NCBI GenBank assembly: GCA_947630395.1
Contig: CANRHK010000001.1
Coordinates: forward strand, 2,708-66,707
Length of the DNA stretch: 64,000 bases
Origin: an uncultured Oscillospiraceae bacterium
GTDB lineage: Bacteria; Bacillota; Clostridia; Oscillospirales; Oscillospiraceae
Reading direction: 5' to 3'
A program made the position numbers and the translations under genes. This document shows positions 18,008 to 28,162 of this stretch, piece after piece (within the stretch, counting starts at the first letter, position 1; every line of letters begins with the position of its first letter). Below the pieces are notes generated by a model, which was not told the origin of the DNA, ran no database searches, and worked only from the letters and a program-made list of their open reading frames with translations.

Positions 18008-19446
18008 AATGTCTCCCCTGTCTGTCTGACCTTCCGCAAAAGAGGCAGCCATTTCCCCCTCCTGCGCGGCGTGTAGAGGAGGCGGTAGCCGTTGTCCCGA
18101 AGGGCCTGGGACAGCTTCAGGCTCAGCTCCAGATAATCCGCTCCGGCCGGAAGCCTGGACGCGTCAAACCAGTGTGTGCCCCATATTTCCACATAGGGCA
18201 CTCCCACCGCCTGCTCAAAGATCTCCCAGCACTCCTCCCGCACCGATATCATGCGTATATCCAAGGCATCCGCGCTCTGCAGAAGGATGGCGCGGTGCAT
18301 ATAGCCGGAGTACTGGCGCGGAAGTCCCTTGTAATAGACCGCCCCGTCCATGTTCATCCGTCCGCCGATCAGCCGGTTGTGGACATAGATGCCTCCCCCT
18401 ATGGCCGCCACGTCCTCCCTGCAGACCAGCGGGCCTCCCTGACACAGCCAGTTATAGTACCCGTCGTGCATATACGGAAGGACCAGGGCGTTGATATTCT
18501 TGACATCCATAAAATTCTGTATGGCCTCTCTGCCCGCCACGTAGGCGTACTCCTTGCTCTCCGGATTCTCCGCCGTGGACGCCGGATGGCAGCGCCAGTG
18601 GTAGAGCACCTTGGGAACGTGGACGATCTTCTCCTCCTCGTCCATGAGCTCCCCCACCGCCCGAAGCACCAGATCAAAGTCCTGGGCCCCGTCGTACTCC
18701 GGCCGCAGCCTGAGACGCTTGATCATTTCGCTTGTCATGACCATAAAATGACAGATGTAATTATTTGTCAGGATCATGTCAAAATTAAAATCTTCTTTAA
18801 AGTGAGGCTCGAAATACTCCGTGCGCTCACTGTTGCACTTGTCCTCATCCGAGTAGAGAAGCTGCGCGTCGATCCCTTTTTCCCGCGCCGCCAGAATCGC
18901 CGCCGCCATCTCATAGAGCGCATCCGGCGTCAGCACATCGTCGTGGTCCAAAAGCCCCACGTAGTCTCCTCCGGCGTGCTCCAGCCCTCGGTTGGTGTTC
19001 AACGAGATGCCCGCGTTGCAGGGAAGGCGCAGGTAACGGATCCGGCCGTCCTTCCAGGGCGGCAGCGGCCTTCCGAAAGCGGTCTCCTCCACCGCTTCCC
19101 CCGCCACGTCATCCAGGACCCTTTTCACGCTGTCGTCCTCCGTGGCATCCGCCAAAATCAGCTCCCAATGCGGGTAGCTCTGGCTTAAGACGGACTGTAA
19201 CAGATCCCTCAGATACGACTCCTTCGTCTGGTAGGCGGGCACGACGATGCTGAATGTGACCGTCTGCTCTTTTGCCCACGCTCTCTGCCGCTCCAGCTCC
19301 CCCTCGCTGACAGGAACAAAATCATAGGTCACCTTCCGCGCCTCCAGGCGCTCCTTCACCGCATAAAAGGTTCTTAACAGCCCGTTTCCCTCCAAAAAAT
19401 ACCACGCTCTTCTCATCTGAGATGCTTTCACTTTTCCCGCAGTCAT
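17998..19446 (-). CDS. Family 2 glycosyltransferase with extra C-terminal domain
   Basis: FSIVVPAYQTKESYLRDLLQSVLSQSYPHWELILADAT, then LLDHDD (DxD). The track start at 19452 is TTG, so I prefer ATG 19446 with AAGGGAG upstream. Confidence 0.8.
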   Translation of the reverse strand: MTAGKVKASQMRRAWYFLEGNGLLRTFYAVKERLEARKVTYDFVPVSEGELERQRAWAKEQTVTFSIVVPAYQTKESYLRDLLQSVLSQSYPHWELILADATEDDSVKRVLDDVAGEAVEETAFGRPLPPWKDGRIRYLRLPCNAGISLNTNRGLEHAGGDYVGLLDHDDVLTPDALYEMAAAILAAREKGIDAQLLYSDEDKCNSERTEYFEPHFKEDFNFDMILTNNYICHFMVMTSEMIKRLRLRPEYDGAQDFDLVLRAVGELMDEEEKIVHVPKVLYHWRCHPASTAENPESKEYAYVAGREAIQNFMDVKNINALVLPYMHDGYYNWLCQGGPLVCREDVAAIGGGIYVHNRLIGGRMNMDGAVYYKGLPRQYSGYMHRAILLQSADALDIRMISVREECWEIFEQAVGVPYVEIWGTHWFDASRLPAGADYLELSLKLSQALRDNGYRLLYTPRRRGKWLPLLRKVRQTGETLWT

Positions 19447-19570
19447 ACACAACTCCCTTTCTTCACAATCGTATTTTTTTACTTGAACAAGAGCAACAAA
19501 CCACCCCCAGAGAGGCGATCTGTTGCTCTGTCAGTGTCATTTCCGCATCCTGTCCATGCTTCACCGGAGG

Positions 19571-21292
19571 CTACAGCACAGCCTTGACGTCTTCCGTCAG
19601 CTTCTCCACTCTCGCCTTTGCGTCCTCCAGGCTGGTGCCCTTCACGCCCATGTAAAACTTGATCTTGGGCTCCGTTCCGGAAGGACGGGCACAGCACCAG
19701 CAGTTGTCGGGCAGCTCAAAGTAGAGCACGTTGGACTTGGGCAGGCCCGTGGTGGTCTTCTCGCCGGTGGCCATATCGAGGATCACGTCGTTCTGATAAT
19801 CCCTGAACTTCAGCACTTTCAGATCGCCGAACGCCTTGGGCGGATTCTGACGCAGCTTCTCCATGATCTCCGCGATCTGCTTGGAGCCGTCAATGCCCTT
19901 TAAAGTGATGGTGTACTGCGTCTCCTTAAAGTAGCCGTACTTCTCATACATATCGAGCATCATATCCCACAGCGTCTTGCCCTGCTTCTTGCAGAAGGAT
20001 GCCACCTCGCACAGACACATCACCGCCACGATAGCGTCCTTGTCTCTCGCGTGGGTGCCCACCAGGCAGCCGTAGGACTCCTCCAGGCCGAACACATAAT
20101 GATTGCTCCCGCTCTGCTCAAAGAGCTTGATCTGCTCGCCGATAAACTTAAATCCGGTCAAAACCTCGATCATCTTCACGCCGTAGGCCTGGGTGATGGG
20201 AACCGTCATGTTAGTGGTCACGATGGTGGTCACGAGCGCAGGATCGGAAGGCATGGTGCCGGTCGCCGCGCGCTCTCTCAAGGTGTACTCCGCCAGCAGC
20301 ATACCGGACATATTGCCGGTGAACGCCACGTATTCTCCGGTCTTTTGATCCTTCGCGTAAACTCCCAGACGGTCCGCGTCGGGATCGGTGGCCAGAACGA
20401 TATCCGCATCCTTCTCCTTCGCCAGACGGAGCGCATAGGTAAACGCCTTGGGATCCTCGGGGTTGGGGTACTCCAGGGTCGTGAACTTGGGATCCGGATT
20501 CTCCTGCTCCGGAACCACATATACGTTTTGAAATCCGAGCTCCTCCAGGACTCTTCTCACGGGCTTGTTGCCGGTGCCGCAGAGGGGAGTGTACACGATC
20601 TTAATATCGTTTGCCATCTCTCGGATCACATCGGGGTGGATGATCTGCTTTTTCAGCTCCACCATGTACGCGTCGTCGATCTCTTTGCCGATCACCTGGT
20701 ACAGGCCTGCCGCAACGGCGGCTTCCTTGTCCATGGTCTTGACGGTGTGGTAGTCCTTGATCGCCTTCACCTCGTCAATGATCTGTTTATCCTTGGGAGC
20801 GGTGACCTGCGCGCCATCCTCCCAGTATACCTTGTAACCGTTGTACTCGGGGGGATTGTGGCTGGCCGTCACCATGATGCCGGCCGTGCAGCCCAGCTTG
20901 CGCAGCGCAAAGGAAAGCTCCGGAGTCGGTCTCAGGGACTCAAAGATATAAGCCTTGATGCCGTTTGCCGCCAGACACAGCGCCGCCTCCTGGGAAAACT
21001 CGGGGGACATATTGCGGTTGTCATAGGAGATCGCCACTCCCTTGGCCTGAGTGCCCTGCTTCAGGATAAAGTTTGCCAGTCCCTGGGTAGCCTTGCGGAC
21101 CGTGTAAACGTTCATACGGTTCGTTCCCGCGCCGACGATGCCGCGCAGGCCGCCCGTGCCAAACTCCAGCTCCTGATAGAAGCGCTCTTCGATCTCACCC
21201 TGGTTGTCCTTGATCGCAAGCAGCTCGTCCTTGGTGTTCTGGTCGAAATAATCGTCGTTCAGCCAGAAATTAAATTCCTCCATAAAACTCAT
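19571..21292 (-). CDS. Phosphoglucomutase/phosphomannomutase-family phospho-sugar mutase
   Basis: The active-site loop TASHNPPEYNGYKVY and about 573 aa fit a PgcA-like enzyme. The ATG is at 21292. Confidence 0.9.
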   Translation of the reverse strand: MSFMEEFNFWLNDDYFDQNTKDELLAIKDNQGEIEERFYQELEFGTGGLRGIVGAGTNRMNVYTVRKATQGLANFILKQGTQAKGVAISYDNRNMSPEFSQEAALCLAANGIKAYIFESLRPTPELSFALRKLGCTAGIMVTASHNPPEYNGYKVYWEDGAQVTAPKDKQIIDEVKAIKDYHTVKTMDKEAAVAAGLYQVIGKEIDDAYMVELKKQIIHPDVIREMANDIKIVYTPLCGTGNKPVRRVLEELGFQNVYVVPEQENPDPKFTTLEYPNPEDPKAFTYALRLAKEKDADIVLATDPDADRLGVYAKDQKTGEYVAFTGNMSGMLLAEYTLRERAATGTMPSDPALVTTIVTTNMTVPITQAYGVKMIEVLTGFKFIGEQIKLFEQSGSNHYVFGLEESYGCLVGTHARDKDAIVAVMCLCEVASFCKKQGKTLWDMMLDMYEKYGYFKETQYTITLKGIDGSKQIAEIMEKLRQNPPKAFGDLKVLKFRDYQNDVILDMATGEKTTTGLPKSNVLYFELPDNCWCCARPSGTEPKIKFYMGVKGTSLEDAKARVEKLTEDVKAVL

Positions 21293-21358
21293 GTTGCACA
21301 TCCTCCTCTATCTTATATTTTGTTTTGCTTACCCTTCTGTATCGTAACCAGTAGGTTT

Positions 21359-21387
21359 ATTTTACCATAACCCACGGAAAATTTCCA
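21359..21387 (-). promoter_or_regulatory. Candidate promoter upstream of the phospho-sugar mutase gene
   Basis: On the minus strand: TGGAAA (21387-21382), a 17-nt spacer, then TGgTAAAAT (-10 at 21364-21359). Confidence 0.35.
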
Positions 21388-21416
21388 GATAATTCTCGAA
21401 ATTGCCACTGCAAATA

Positions 21417-23504
21417 TCATTCCGAATCCGCCGGCAGCTTCAGAGAATAATCGCTGCGGTCCAGCGAGAAATTGGGATTGTAGTAGGGATCCCCCTTCTC
21501 CAGGACCTCCTTCCACCGCTGGCGGAATCTCTCCGACTCCCGATGGTAGCGCTCCGCCCGCTCCCCGCCATCGTCCAGCCCCCTGGACACCGACTCAAAG
21601 TGGTAGAGCTCCGCAAAGGGCGTAAACACGTTGAGAAGCCCCCGCTCCCGAAGCTTCAGGCAAAAATCCACATCGTTTAAGGAGACGGCAAATCCCTCGT
21701 CCAGACCTCCCACCTCCTCGTAAAGCGCCTTCTTCACCAGAAGGCAGGCCCCCGTCACCGCGGAGACATCCTGCGCGTAGCAGAGCCTCCCCATGTAGCC
21801 CAGATTCTGCCGCGACTGCTTGTAGTGGGTGTGTCCGGCGGTGCGGTGCGCCCCCAGCCCGATCACGACGCCCGCGTGCTGGATGGTCCTGTCCCCATAG
21901 TAGAGCTTTGCCCCCACGGCGCCCACGTCCCGGCGCTGGGCGTACATGAGAAGCTCCTCCATCCAGTTTACCGTGATGACCTCTGTGTCGTTGTTCAAAA
22001 GAAGGAGATACTCCCCTCCGGCATAGGACGCGCCCAGGTTGTTGACGGCGGAGTAGTTGAACTCGCCGCGGTAGGTCACAACGGCGACCTTGCCGCCCGA
22101 AGCCCTGCCGTCATAGAGCCCGCTCTCCCCGCTGTAGAGGATCCCTCCGTCCCGCTCTCCCCGCAGCGCGCCGGACGCCTCTTTCCTGCTCAGCGCCTCC
22201 TCGTAGGAATACCCCAGCAGTCGGGTATAGTAATCCCGTATCCGGTCGGTGGTACTGTTGTTCTCCACAATGAGGATCTCGTAGTTGTCGTAGGTGGACT
22301 TCTCCAGGATCGAGCGGACACACCGCTCCAGGTCCTCCACGTGATCTCGGTTGGCGATCAAAACAGAGATCTTCGGCGTGCCGAGAATCTCGTAGCGGAT
22401 GCGGAAGATCGTCTCGAAGGCGCGGGTGCTGCTGATCTGAAAATGGTCAAAGCCGTGCTTTCTGAGGTGCTCCGCCACCGCCCCCCTGGCCGCCGAAACC
22501 GCGTAGGGCTTCGCGTCGATCCCCGCGGCCACGCTGCCGGCGTGGCTGCGCCAGTAGTACATCAGCCTGGGAACATGCACGATCTTTTTGGCGTTGTCCG
22601 TCAGGCGCAGGATCATGTCATGGTCCTGGCTGCCGTCAAACTTCGTGCGGAACAGCTCGCCGCCCTCCAGAAGATCCCTGGAAAACACGCTGAAATGACA
22701 GATGTAATTGTTGGCTCTCAGGTTGTCCGGCGCATAGTCCGGCTTAAAGTGCATGGTCAGCATCCGGTTGATGTCGCCGCTTTTAAAGGTGGTCTCGTCG
22801 CAGTACAGATAGTCTGCCCCCTGCTCGTTGATCGCCTTCACATACTCATAGAGCACCGAGGGGTGCAGGATGTCGTCCTGGTCAAACAGGCCGATGTACT
22901 CCCCCGTGGCAAGCTTCAGGCACTCGTTGGTGTTGCCCGAGATGCCCTCGTTTTTCTCCAGCTTGCGGTAGACGATCCTGCCGCCTGCCCGCGCGGCATA
23001 CTCCCTGCAGATCTCCCCAATATAGGCGTGCTCCTCGTCGGAACCGTCCGCCAGACAAAGCTCCCAGTTCTGATAGGTCTGATTCATGACCGAATCCAGC
23101 ATCTCGATCTGAAACTCTCTCCGGTTGTTCCAGAGCGGCACCAGGATGCTGATCTTCACCATCCGCTCAAACACCGTCCCCCGCTCCCGGGCCGCCTGCT
23201 CCTCGTCGGGAAAGCTCTGGGTGCCAAACTGGGCCATCGCCGCCCGCTCTCTCTTTTTGTAGGCAAGCTTTTTAATAACACCAGTTATTCCTCCGCAGTT
23301 CACGAGGCGACCCCTCTGGCGTATCCCCCAGTGCAGCGCGCTCCGCAGAGGCTTGCACGCCTTCCAGAGCGGATTGTTTTTGATGCGCCCCAGCTTCCAG
23401 CTAAGCTCCTCGTTTTCCGCCTCCAGATCCGCGATCCGCGCAGCCAGCTCCGCGCATTTTAAATGCTCCCTCTCATAGGCCTCCCTGTATTCCAACTCCG
23501 ACAT
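21417..23504 (-). CDS. Two-domain GT2 glycosyltransferase with N-terminal coiled coil (polymerase-like)
   Basis: The coiled-coil N-terminus (ARIADLEAENEELSWKL) is followed by two GT-A modules. These are ISILVPLWNNRREF...QTYQNWELCLADGSD and ISVLIANRDHVEDL...YDNYEILIVENNST...LLLNNDTEV. Confidence 0.8.
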   Translation of the reverse strand: MSELEYREAYEREHLKCAELAARIADLEAENEELSWKLGRIKNNPLWKACKPLRSALHWGIRQRGRLVNCGGITGVIKKLAYKKRERAAMAQFGTQSFPDEEQAARERGTVFERMVKISILVPLWNNRREFQIEMLDSVMNQTYQNWELCLADGSDEEHAYIGEICREYAARAGGRIVYRKLEKNEGISGNTNECLKLATGEYIGLFDQDDILHPSVLYEYVKAINEQGADYLYCDETTFKSGDINRMLTMHFKPDYAPDNLRANNYICHFSVFSRDLLEGGELFRTKFDGSQDHDMILRLTDNAKKIVHVPRLMYYWRSHAGSVAAGIDAKPYAVSAARGAVAEHLRKHGFDHFQISSTRAFETIFRIRYEILGTPKISVLIANRDHVEDLERCVRSILEKSTYDNYEILIVENNSTTDRIRDYYTRLLGYSYEEALSRKEASGALRGERDGGILYSGESGLYDGRASGGKVAVVTYRGEFNYSAVNNLGASYAGGEYLLLLNNDTEVITVNWMEELLMYAQRRDVGAVGAKLYYGDRTIQHAGVVIGLGAHRTAGHTHYKQSRQNLGYMGRLCYAQDVSAVTGACLLVKKALYEEVGGLDEGFAVSLNDVDFCLKLRERGLLNVFTPFAELYHFESVSRGLDDGGERAERYHRESERFRQRWKEVLEKGDPYYNPNFSLDRSDYSLKLPADSE

Positions 23505-23538
23505 ATTTCCTCTTTTCCGCCGATCCGACGCCGTCCGC

Positions 23539-25641
23539 TCAGATCAGCTTTTTCACTGCCTCACACATATCCCGGGCGATCGGCAGAGGGATCCTCACGA
23601 TCTCCATACGGGTGTGCAGGACGTTTTTCTCCAAAAGCTTAAGCCCCTCCAGCTGAATATTGATGTTGGGGTCCTCCGTGGGAAACACCATGCTCGGCTG
23701 ATAGACCGCCGCGTCCTTGTCGGCCGGCTTTACCACCCGCCCGTTCACCAGAAGCACCTTCCGCCTCTCTAGCGGCACCCGCTCCCCGTTTAAGGTCATC
23801 TCCAGGATCTTGACCATGCAGGAATCCATAGCGGGATCGATGCGCAGAAGCTTCACGCTGCCGTCGAAGGTAAGCTCCAGCTCCAGAAAATGATCCCCCT
23901 GATAAGCCTCCCTGACAAAGTAGGAATGTTCCTCGCTACAGCCCTCTCCGGTATCCTCGTAGATCTGTACCCGATTGACATCCTTAGAATCCCGGTAGCG
24001 GTCGATCCACCTCTGGGGCTCCATGAGCCGACGCCCGATCAGATCCCGCATCTGCGCCAGGGAGGTGTGCTTTCCCCGTATGCTATCCTGGAAGGCCGTC
24101 TCCTGCTCCCAGAGCTCATCCGCCCTTTGGGGCGAGATTCCAAGCTCCTTCAGCGCCCAGTCCAGGGAAAACCTGCTGCGTCCCGCCCCGTCCTTAAAAT
24201 AGTAGTTGACGGCGCGGAAGGCCAGCTCCTGGGGCGGGATCGGCCTGCCGAAGGTCCACTCGTAATCTATTAAATACCATTTGTTATCTTTTATTAAAAT
24301 ATTGCCGAACACCAGATCAAAGTCCGACGCCGGATAGTCCGGACGGCTGCTGATCTTCTCCACATACTCCAGGAAACGGGCCTGAAAACCGGCCCAGTCG
24401 TCCCGCTCCACCAGACGGTCCAGCACCTCCACCAGGGGCGTACCGTCCACATACTCAAATTCGGCATAGAGCCCGTCCTCCTGCTCCACCAGACGGCACC
24501 GGTTGACTTCCATGCCGCTGCCCTCATACTTCTCTGTGAGGCTCCGGCAGGCGGCCTCCATCCCGCGCACATGCTCCGCCGCCCTTTCGTCCATGGGGTA
24601 TTTGCGGACATAGAGCTCTCCCTTCCCGTCCACGCCGATCTGCGTCTTAATGGCGTACTCCGGCGCCCTGTCGTTGGAATATTTCACATAGCGGACAGGA
24701 AAATCCTTTCCGATCACCGCCAGGTAGGAGTTGGAAAACACCGGAAAAAGCCCCTCGTCCACGATTCCGTCAAAGGCGTTTTTCTCATCGAACAGGACCA
24801 TCCTGTCGCTGTCAAAATTGCGGAGATTGTCGGAAAGCTCCCCCTTCCCCGGCAGATGCGAGTCGCTGTAGAGACTGGTCATAAACTTATAGTCCGGATA
24901 GGGATAGTAGAAGTGGTACTCCCGCACGCCGCAGTCTGCAAAGATCCGCTCCAGCCCGCTGCGTCCGAAGGTGCGCACGCCTCCCCCCTCAGGGTAATTC
25001 TCAATGCCGCTGAAATAAGCGCCCAGATGATCCTCCCTGCAGCCCGCAAAATATTTCAGGCCGTATTTGTTCTCAATGGCGATCAGGATGCGGCCTCCCT
25101 CCTTCATGTGGGGCAAAAGGATCCTCAGGAAATCTTCAAAGGGCGTATCGCCGCCGATATAGCTCTGTCCATACTCAAAGACGCCGATCAGGCAGATATA
25201 GTCGTAGTCCCGGTCGAGCCCGGGCTCAATGTCCTTAAAATTTCCCACGCGGATCGCCACATTGCCGCAATCCCGATTGCGGTTGGCATTGATCAGGCTC
25301 CGCTTTCTGGACAGCTCCACGCAGGTGACGCTGGCCGCCTTGCGCGCCAAAACGCCGGTGATGGCGCCGCAGCCGCTCCCCACCTCCAGCACCTTGGCAT
25401 CCGGCTCCATGGGAACCCACTCCAGGATATTCTGGCGAAGCGGGGACAAATGGTACAGGATGGGCCAGCTCGCCCTCTCCCCGATGACCTGCTCGTACTC
25501 CTCGGGCGTCCTCTCGCTCACGATCCGCAGAAGCTTGTCCTCCACATCGCCGTCACTGTAGTAGTCCGTCCCGGAATAACATGTGTAATCTATTTTCACC
25601 CTGCCCACATACTCCTCGGCGGATGCCAGCTTTTCCTCCAT
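23539..25641 (-). CDS. SAM-dependent methyltransferase fused to a kinase-like domain and a C-terminal domain (WbdD-like architecture)
   Basis: Motif I is VLEVGSGCGAITGVLA. Later DFDLVFGNILIKDNKWYLIDYEWTF resembles the catalytic-loop D..N and IDxE of APH/kinase-fold enzymes. At about 700 aa it is close to E. coli O9a WbdD in size. The start is uncertain (GTG 25659 or ATG 25641). Confidence 0.6.
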   Translation of the reverse strand: MEEKLASAEEYVGRVKIDYTCYSGTDYYSDGDVEDKLLRIVSERTPEEYEQVIGERASWPILYHLSPLRQNILEWVPMEPDAKVLEVGSGCGAITGVLARKAASVTCVELSRKRSLINANRNRDCGNVAIRVGNFKDIEPGLDRDYDYICLIGVFEYGQSYIGGDTPFEDFLRILLPHMKEGGRILIAIENKYGLKYFAGCREDHLGAYFSGIENYPEGGGVRTFGRSGLERIFADCGVREYHFYYPYPDYKFMTSLYSDSHLPGKGELSDNLRNFDSDRMVLFDEKNAFDGIVDEGLFPVFSNSYLAVIGKDFPVRYVKYSNDRAPEYAIKTQIGVDGKGELYVRKYPMDERAAEHVRGMEAACRSLTEKYEGSGMEVNRCRLVEQEDGLYAEFEYVDGTPLVEVLDRLVERDDWAGFQARFLEYVEKISSRPDYPASDFDLVFGNILIKDNKWYLIDYEWTFGRPIPPQELAFRAVNYYFKDGAGRSRFSLDWALKELGISPQRADELWEQETAFQDSIRGKHTSLAQMRDLIGRRLMEPQRWIDRYRDSKDVNRVQIYEDTGEGCSEEHSYFVREAYQGDHFLELELTFDGSVKLLRIDPAMDSCMVKILEMTLNGERVPLERRKVLLVNGRVVKPADKDAAVYQPSMVFPTEDPNINIQLEGLKLLEKNVLHTRMEIVRIPLPIARDMCEAVKKLI

Positions 25642-25677
25642 ATCCGGTGATAACCTCACTTCCCTCCAAAACTGCGC

Positions 25678-27111
25678 TCATGCCTCAGGCGCCACATCGC
25701 TCACGACCACCTGGGACTCCATATCGTAAAACCCCACGGTGTTCTTATCCGACACCACCGTGATGTTGATCACGTCATAGAGCCGGTGATACACTTCAAA
25801 GGTGTCCCCCCGATATCCGGTGACCCCCAGCGAGATCAGGTACTCCCCGCCTTGCAGCGTCATCCTCTGCCGGAAGGTGATCTCCTTCACCTGCCCGGGC
25901 TCCCCGCTCTCCAGGTACGCCTTCTCGATCATGGAGTTTGTCCCCGTGATCTCCGTCCCCTGTACATTCTTGATGGAAAAGGCAAAGATGGGGGCGGGGA
26001 CATGCTCCGAAAATTTCACCTTCATTCGCATGGTAAACTCGCTTCCCTTCAGGATCGCCATAGTGGGAAGCCCTCTCTCGTCCACAAGCTGATATTCCGT
26101 GATACACGCCTGCTGGTTGCCGTACTCCTGCAGGTTGGGGTTTACGCCGGGGACCAAAACCACCTCCCGCTCCCGCTCTGCGCCGCTCTCCTCCGGCCCT
26201 GCGCCGTTCTCCTCCTGCGTGGGCAGCTCATACTGTCCCACCAGCACCCTCTTGAAAGCGTCTATCATCTCCTTGGGGGAACCCTCCCCCAAAAGATCGC
26301 CCTGATTCAGCAAAAAGACCCTGTCGCAGTACTTGCTGATGCTGTTCAGATCATGGCTCACAAACACGATGGTCTTGCCCATCTCCTTAAATTCCTCAAA
26401 CTTGTGGTAGCACTTCGCCTGGAAGAAGATATCCCCCACGGACAACGCCTCGTCCACGATCAGGATCTCCGGCTCGATGTTGATCGCCACCGCAAAGGCA
26501 AGGCGCACAAACATACCGCTGGAATAGGTCTTGACCGGCTGGTATACATAGTCTCCGATATCGGCAAACTCCAGGATAGCCGGCAGCTTGGCGTCGATCT
26601 CCTTCTCGGAGAAGCCCATCATCGTCCCGTTTAAGTAAATATTCTCAATCCCGTTATACTCCTGGTTAAAGCCCGCTCCCAGCTCCAGCAGGGCGGAAAT
26701 GCGCCCGTTCACACGCACCTCTCCGGAGGTGGGGTGCAGCACGCCGGTGATGATCTTCAGGATGGTGGACTTGCCGGAGCCGTTGGTGCCGATGATGCCC
26801 ACGGTCTCCCCCCGCCGGATCTTCATGCTCACGCCGTTCAACGCGTAGTGGAGCTTATAGGCTTTCTTTCCGATGCCGAAGGCCTCCTTCAGCCGGTCCC
26901 TGAGCCTGTCGTACAGCTTGTATACCTTGACGACGTCCTTCACCTCGATCGCGATGTCCTCCGCCCCCACGACGCGGAATTTTCCGGCCTCCGGATTCCG
27001 ATCCCGAACGCGCTGTTTTTCTTTCCTGCCGGAGCCCTTCTCCTGCTCCCTGCTCCAATTTGAACTTTCCTTTCGATTTCGCTTCCGAGCTTCCCCGTTC
27101 TTCTGGCCCAT
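25678..27111 (-). CDS. wzt: Polysaccharide ABC transporter ATP-binding protein (Wzt/TagH-type) with C-terminal extra domain
   Basis: Walker A GTNGSGKST, signature YSSGM and Walker B ILIVDEA. About 170 C-terminal residues of beta-rich sequence (ITEYQLVDERG...FTMRMKVKF...ISLGVTGY) lie where Wzt glycan-binding domains sit. The N-terminus has a basic 65-aa extension. Confidence 0.85.
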   Translation of the reverse strand: MGQKNGEARKRNRKESSNWSREQEKGSGRKEKQRVRDRNPEAGKFRVVGAEDIAIEVKDVVKVYKLYDRLRDRLKEAFGIGKKAYKLHYALNGVSMKIRRGETVGIIGTNGSGKSTILKIITGVLHPTSGEVRVNGRISALLELGAGFNQEYNGIENIYLNGTMMGFSEKEIDAKLPAILEFADIGDYVYQPVKTYSSGMFVRLAFAVAINIEPEILIVDEALSVGDIFFQAKCYHKFEEFKEMGKTIVFVSHDLNSISKYCDRVFLLNQGDLLGEGSPKEMIDAFKRVLVGQYELPTQEENGAGPEESGAEREREVVLVPGVNPNLQEYGNQQACITEYQLVDERGLPTMAILKGSEFTMRMKVKFSEHVPAPIFAFSIKNVQGTEITGTNSMIEKAYLESGEPGQVKEITFRQRMTLQGGEYLISLGVTGYRGDTFEVYHRLYDVINITVVSDKNTVGFYDMESQVVVSDVAPEA

Positions 27112-27130
27112 CTTCCTTCACCTCCGCTTC

Positions 27131-28120
27131 CTACAGCACATCCGCAAAATGCACCTTCAGTCGCTTAAATACAAGCGCTCCCAGGCCGAACAGCACCACC
27201 GTCACGATCCAGAAATACATGGTGGAGAAAAAGTCCTGAAAAAACCACTCCCGCTCGTAGATCGCGCTGCGGTAACCGTTCACAATATACACCATCGGAT
27301 TCAGCTTCAGCACAGGCACCACCCAGCTGTCCCCCAGGGAGTTGATATCCCACAGGATGGGAGTCGCCCACATAGCGATCTGCAGACCGATGTTGATGAT
27401 CTGGGACAGATCCTTAAAAAACACCACGATGGCGCAGGTCGTATAGCTGAGCGCCAGCACAAAGACAAACAGGCAGGCGCTGTAGTAGACCAGCTGCAGC
27501 ATATAGAGATTGGGATAATAGCCGTAAATTGCCGCCACGACCAACAGAATACACACGAAAAACACATGGACAAAGGTCGCCGCAATGATTTTGATGATGG
27601 GCAGGATGCTGATCTTAAAGACCACCTTTTTCACCAGATAATTGTACTCTAAGAGCGCGTTGGTCCCGTTGTTCAACGCCTCGTTAAAGTAAAACCAGGG
27701 CACCAGGCCCGCCGTCAAAAACAAGACAAAGGGAGCCTCCCCGCCGTTTGCCAGCCTGGGGCCGGAGCTTCCGAAGATCCGATCGAACACAATATAATAC
27801 ATCGCCACCGTGACCACCGGCTGGGCAAGCGCCCACACCGCACCCAGATAGGATCCGGCGTACCGCTTCTTAAAGTCGTTCTTCGCCAGCTTCCAGATCA
27901 AATGCCGGTTCTGATACAGCTCCAACGGCAGGACCGTAAACTTGTCGTACCACTTCACAAAGATCAGGCACGCCGCCGCGATCACCGCGCAGGATATCCC
28001 TTTTTTTAACAGCTCCTCCCCCTGGTCGGCCCCGGGATTGCTGTGCACGATAATGATCGCCGCCATAACGGCCGCCAGCGCCATAAAAACCGAGATCCCG
28101 ATCCGTTTACTCATCCTCAT
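27131..28120 (-). CDS. wzm: ABC-2 type polysaccharide transporter permease (Wzm/TagG-type)
   Basis: Six or more TM helices and the KNDFKKRYAGSYLGAVWALAQP motif typical of ABC-2 permeases. It lies immediately upstream of wzt. Confidence 0.85.
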   Translation of the reverse strand: MRMSKRIGISVFMALAAVMAAIIIVHSNPGADQGEELLKKGISCAVIAAACLIFVKWYDKFTVLPLELYQNRHLIWKLAKNDFKKRYAGSYLGAVWALAQPVVTVAMYYIVFDRIFGSSGPRLANGGEAPFVLFLTAGLVPWFYFNEALNNGTNALLEYNYLVKKVVFKISILPIIKIIAATFVHVFFVCILLVVAAIYGYYPNLYMLQLVYYSACLFVFVLALSYTTCAIVVFFKDLSQIINIGLQIAMWATPILWDINSLGDSWVVPVLKLNPMVYIVNGYRSAIYEREWFFQDFFSTMYFWIVTVVLFGLGALVFKRLKVHFADVL

Positions 28121-28162
28121 GTCATCCGTTCCCTTTCTGTATACCTGTGCGTTTGCCGGAAG

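Noticed and set aside
19480-19540. Terminator downstream of the phospho-sugar mutase gene (GAGCAACA...TGTTGCTC)
   Set aside because: It has an 8-bp stem but a 22-nt loop and no U-tract, so it is too weak to call.
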